A stretch of 64,000 bases of DNA from Longimicrobiales bacterium (GTDB lineage Bacteria > Gemmatimonadota > Gemmatimonadetes > Longimicrobiales > Gaopeijiaceae), in the NCBI GenBank assembly GCA_965218295.1, contig CBDCKN010000015.1, positions 352,001 to 416,000 of the forward strand. Direction: 5' to 3'. Under the pieces are notes generated by a model, which did no database searches, was not told the DNA's origin, and saw only the letters and a list, made by a program, of their open reading frames with translations. Of the stretch, positions 60,648 through 64,000 are shown piece by piece (the first letter of the stretch is position 1; every line of letters begins with the position of its first letter). The translations under genes and the position numbers were made by a program.

Positions 60648-62060
60648 TTGAGCAGCCTCAATCTCGGCACATCGTCGTCGGACGCGGACCGGCTGGGCTT
60701 CCGGCTCGGCCCCGGCCTTGCCGCGCTCGTCGGTGGCGACGGACCGCTCCGCAGCGAGGCGCTCGAGCGATTCGCCGGTCCACTGGCGAAGGGCGACGAG
60801 CGGTTGGCGACGCTGGTGGCCGGACACGGACTGACGGAGCCCGCACAGGCGTGGCGTCGCGCCGTGCGAGTGCTGGCGCAGTGGCTCGGACTGGACGGGG
60901 TGGACAGGGAGCTTTCGGATCTGGAGAGAGAGAGTTCGGCGAGCTCGGGCCTCATCTCTATGGACTCGGGGGTGGAGAACCTCCGTGCCCGGATCCAGGA
61001 GCTCCGTCGGCTTCCGGAGGCCGTGCGAATGAAGGAGCGTGAGCTCCGGGAGATGCGGGCCGACGCAGCGGAGGTGAGTGGCGACATGGAGGTCGCCAAC
61101 ATGGACTGGCTGCGCGAGAGGCAGGACGCGGAGACGCACCTCCTGGCCTATCGGGATCGGGCCCGTGAGCTGAAGGTGCGGCTCCAGCAGCTGGAGGCTG
61201 GGGGCCCTGAGAGCGAGTGTCCCACGTGCGATCGCCTGCTCGCCGAGCGGTTCGAGTCCGTTTTGACCGTGCTACGTGAGGAGTGGGAGTCGGTCGTTCA
61301 GGACGGCAGCTGGTGGAAGCGGCGTCGAGAGCAGCTGGACTTCAAGCCTTCTCATCTTCAGGACCTGGAGGGGAAGGCGATCCGGCTTCAGGCGGCGATC
61401 GAGGAGTGCACGGAGGAGGTGGAGCGTATCCGTGCGCGGCTCCCGGAGTTGGCGAAAGCCGAGGACACGCTCGCCGCGGTACAGGCCGTTGGAACCTCGA
61501 GGGATCGACGGAGATCGACGCAGGTGGAGGACCGCGGGGTGGCCAGCGAAGACGTCGATCGGCGTCGCCGGGCTCTGGAGGCCCTCCGAGCCGAGCTGCT
61601 CTCGGACGCCCGGGACATGCTTGCGGGGCGGACGGGCCGCTACCTCAATCACTTGACCAGCGGCGGCGTTCTGGGCGTGGGCCTCACCGGAGACGGAGAG
61701 CCTACGGTCGTCTGGGACGAGGGGGCGAGACGGCTGCAGTCCGACGAGGAAGTGGCGGCGTACTTGCTCGCGCTCCGGCTCGCGCTCATCGATCTCGCCG
61801 CCGAGCGTGGAATTCAGTTCGAGGAGGTGCTCCTCGGTGATACCTTCGACCGCCTCGAGCCTGAGGCCAAGGTCCGGGCCGTCGGGCTTCTTCGGAACAT
61901 GCTGCCCCAGGTTCCGAAGATCCTCCTCTTCTGCCGGGGCGAGATCCTGGACACGATTCCCGAATCGTTCGATTGGATCGTGGACCTGCGTGTGGACCGG
62001 GCCGGCGCGCCTCATACGCGCGTCCGCAGAAGCGGAGTGGGGAAGCTACGGGTCCACTGA
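60648..62060 (+). CDS. Short SbcC/Rad50-like coiled-coil protein with zinc hook and degenerate ATPase motifs
   Basis: AGGAGGA SD; coiled coils flanking ECPTCDR; C-terminal LALRLAL...VLLGDTFDRLE resembles the Rad50 head. Confidence 0.72.
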   Translation: MSSLNLGTSSSDADRLGFRLGPGLAALVGGDGPLRSEALERFAGPLAKGDERLATLVAGHGLTEPAQAWRRAVRVLAQWLGLDGVDRELSDLERESSASSGLISMDSGVENLRARIQELRRLPEAVRMKERELREMRADAAEVSGDMEVANMDWLRERQDAETHLLAYRDRARELKVRLQQLEAGGPESECPTCDRLLAERFESVLTVLREEWESVVQDGSWWKRRREQLDFKPSHLQDLEGKAIRLQAAIEECTEEVERIRARLPELAKAEDTLAAVQAVGTSRDRRRSTQVEDRGVASEDVDRRRRALEALRAELLSDARDMLAGRTGRYLNHLTSGGVLGVGLTGDGEPTVVWDEGARRLQSDEEVAAYLLALRLALIDLAAERGIQFEEVLLGDTFDRLEPEAKVRAVGLLRNMLPQVPKILLFCRGEILDTIPESFDWIVDLRVDRAGAPHTRVRRSGVGKLRVH

Positions 62061-62296
62061 GCCTGGCGCGTCCCCTACGTCTCCGCCGATCTCATCCGCC
62101 TCGCGGCTTCACGGATGGCGGCCTCGACGTTCGAGCGGTCCCGATACTGCCCGATGGAGATCGTGGTTCGCCCCCGCCGTGTTCGCGGTCCACGGTCTGC
62201 ACGATCCGTAGATGATCTCCGCCTCGATGCCATGGTTTGGAGACGGATCGGAGGCCGTGGTCCCACCCAACGGTGATTCGTGCTCCACCCGATGCG

Positions 62297-62734
62297 TCAG
62301 ATCCGTTGGTGATCGGCCCGCCAGCTCGTCACCCGCTTCTTCACCTCGTCCCGGTCCGTGATGTCCTCCGTGACGATGGCGTTGAACAGGTCGGAGACTT
62401 CCCCGTCGGAGGCGAATCGGAGGCCGATCAGCAGCTCGGTGTCCATCCCGGAGAGGGCGTCGCGCCGCTCCGGCCCCAGAAGGCGCTCGAGGCGTAACCG
62501 CTCCTCGAGGCGAATCACCCGATCCTGCACTCCAAGCGGGAAGGCTCGGGCGAAAAACATGGCGATGATGACGCCGATGGCGAAGAGCAGGGACATGAGC
62601 GACCCGAGGGAGAACGAGGTCACCACCACATACAGCGACCAAAGGACATATACGGCGATGAGCCCAAAAGACACGAAGTGGTACATGGGGACGAGCCTGG
62701 CGTGATTCTCGTAACTCTGCGGCACGTTGCTCAC
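62297..62734 (-). CDS. DUF6526-like membrane protein
   Basis: QSYENHARLVPMYHF, QDRVIRLEERLR, LIGLRFASDGE, WRADHQRI; AGGAGGA SD. Confidence 0.75.
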   Translation of the reverse strand: MSNVPQSYENHARLVPMYHFVSFGLIAVYVLWSLYVVVTSFSLGSLMSLLFAIGVIIAMFFARAFPLGVQDRVIRLEERLRLERLLGPERRDALSGMDTELLIGLRFASDGEVSDLFNAIVTEDITDRDEVKKRVTSWRADHQRI

Positions 62735-62849
62735 GGGTTCCTCCTGGCACGGGAATTCGGTTCCTGGGAGGATGGCCGTCGAGGTCGCGCTACCGCTATC
62801 CCCGTGGCGTGGCCGACGGATCGCGGTGGGGATCCGCGCGCAGTCGGGA

Positions 62850-64000
62850 CTACCGCGCCAACGCCTGCCAGGCGATCAGACGGTCTTCGTAGGGAGCTGC
62901 CGAGCTTTCGTCGTCGCTCTGGATCGCGCTCTGGACGAGAGCCGCGTAGACCCAGGCGTAGTAATTCGGGATGCCGATGGTGGAGCGGTCGGGCCAGTAT
63001 GCCCACTCGTCGGGGATCCCCCCCCGGTGCACGAACACGCTGTCGACCAGCCTGCGAGTCCGCTCCTCGTCGAGCCACGGGCCCGTGACGGGCATCAGGC
63101 CCGCGTCCTGCATGAGAACGTTCCTCGGGCTCAGATCCGGAGGGCCTGGGTTGAGCCGAAAAGCCAGGCCCTGCCGGACCAGATAGGGGGACAAGCCCAG
63201 GGACCGCGCCGCGTTACCGCTAGAGGCGAAATAGATGGGCCGGTCGTCGATGCTGTTCTGGATCAGCGCTAGAGCGAATTGCTGCCAGGGGAAGACCACC
63301 GTACCTCCGTCCAGCGTGGCGACCACGGGCCCGAGGCGGAACTCGCGGGTTTCTTCCATCGCGACGTACCCCGCGGGGCTGGCCACCTGCTCGATGACGG
63401 CGTCGTCCAGGGCAAGGATCGACCTCCGCGGTGTGGTCACCGGCTCGTCCATCAGGATCCCGATCTTTCCCAGGGCCTCGGCCTCGGCGGGAACGTGGGT
63501 ATACATCGCCGCCGTCGATGAGGCTTGGTAGGGACGCTGGCAGACGATCGTCGTCGGATCCTGCTCGGGGTCCACGTTGGCGGGACAGGGGCGGGTCAGG
63601 TCCCGGATCTGCTTGGTATACCAGTCGGTGTTGAGATAGGACGTGACAATGACAGTCACGTCCCGTCGGATGCCCTCCACTTCCTGCAGGTACCAGAGGG
63701 GGAATGTGTCGTTGTCCCCGTTGGTGAAGAGAACCGCATACGGCTCCACGCTCATGAGGAGGTTGTATCCCCAGTCTCTGGCTGAGTAATCACCGCTGCG
63801 GCTGGCCCAGGACCAGTTGAGAAGAAGCGGTATGAGGGCCAGCGACAGCACTGGGGCCGCCCGTAGCCAGGAGCCGCCCGTCCGCTCGGCAAGCCGCTGC
63901 CAGAGCGCTGCGATTCCGAGTCCGGCCCAGAGCCCCCAGACCGAGAAGCCGACGATGAAGAAGTAATCCCGCTCACGCACCTCGTGGTTGTCGCTCCCCG
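62850..64000 (-). CDS. DUF2723 (TMEM260-like putative glycosyltransferase) protein, 3' part; 5' end outside the window
   Basis: HEVRERDYFF, LFTNGDNDTFPLWYLQEVEGIRRDV, YLNTDWY. Confidence 0.8.
   Translation of the reverse strand, partial: GSDNHEVRERDYFFIVGFSVWGLWAGLGIAALWQRLAERTGGSWLRAAPVLSLALIPLLLNWSWASRSGDYSARDWGYNLLMSVEPYAVLFTNGDNDTFPLWYLQEVEGIRRDVTVIVTSYLNTDWYTKQIRDLTRPCPANVDPEQDPTTIVCQRPYQASSTAAMYTHVPAEAEALGKIGILMDEPVTTPRRSILALDDAVIEQVASPAGYVAMEETREFRLGPVVATLDGGTVVFPWQQFALALIQNSIDDRPIYFASSGNAARSLGLSPYLVRQGLAFRLNPGPPDLSPRNVLMQDAGLMPVTGPWLDEERTRRLVDSVFVHRGGIPDEWAYWPDRSTIGIPNYYAWVYAALVQSAIQSDDESSAAPYEDRLIAWQALAR

Noticed and set aside
62061..62296. Protein-like scraps on the minus strand (HGIEAEIIYG; NVEAAIREAARR)
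   Set aside because: This may be another remnant, but it is too short to assign.

Overview
This is a GC-rich bacterial chromosome segment. Gene content and protein style suggest Gemmatimonadota, which is an inference. It is mostly housekeeping: a MoxR/DUF58/transglutaminase module, a six-gene alternative complex III (actABCDEF), a GAF-GAF-GGDEF cyclase, trmJ, tatA, an acyl-CoA dehydrogenase, gcvH-gcvP with a lipoate ligase, a broken peptide ABC operon, exbB, a lytic transglycosylase, cspA, polA, ssb, two RpoD-like sigma paralogs, two outer-membrane proteins, maeB-pckA, mmsA with a class III aminotransferase and Na+/solute symporter, a Cho-like nuclease, an HD hydrolase, PP2C, rsgA, a Btu/Fec-type ABC transporter and a DUF2723 gene. 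I saw no rRNA, tRNA, CRISPR array or transposase. Four things stand out. (1) An SbcD/SbcC (Mre11/Rad50)-like pair has intact ORFs and keeps its zinc hook, but most nuclease and all ATPase motifs are replaced; it is coupled to an upstream membrane-protein gene. (2) A ~165 bp structured MITE-like element is present, and its right end recurs directly in front of polA. (3) A sigma-54-type promoter sits in front of a divergent RpoD-like sigma gene. (4) Many gene lesions occur (internal deletions, frameshifts, an in-frame TAG, remnants), indicating genome erosion or assembly error.
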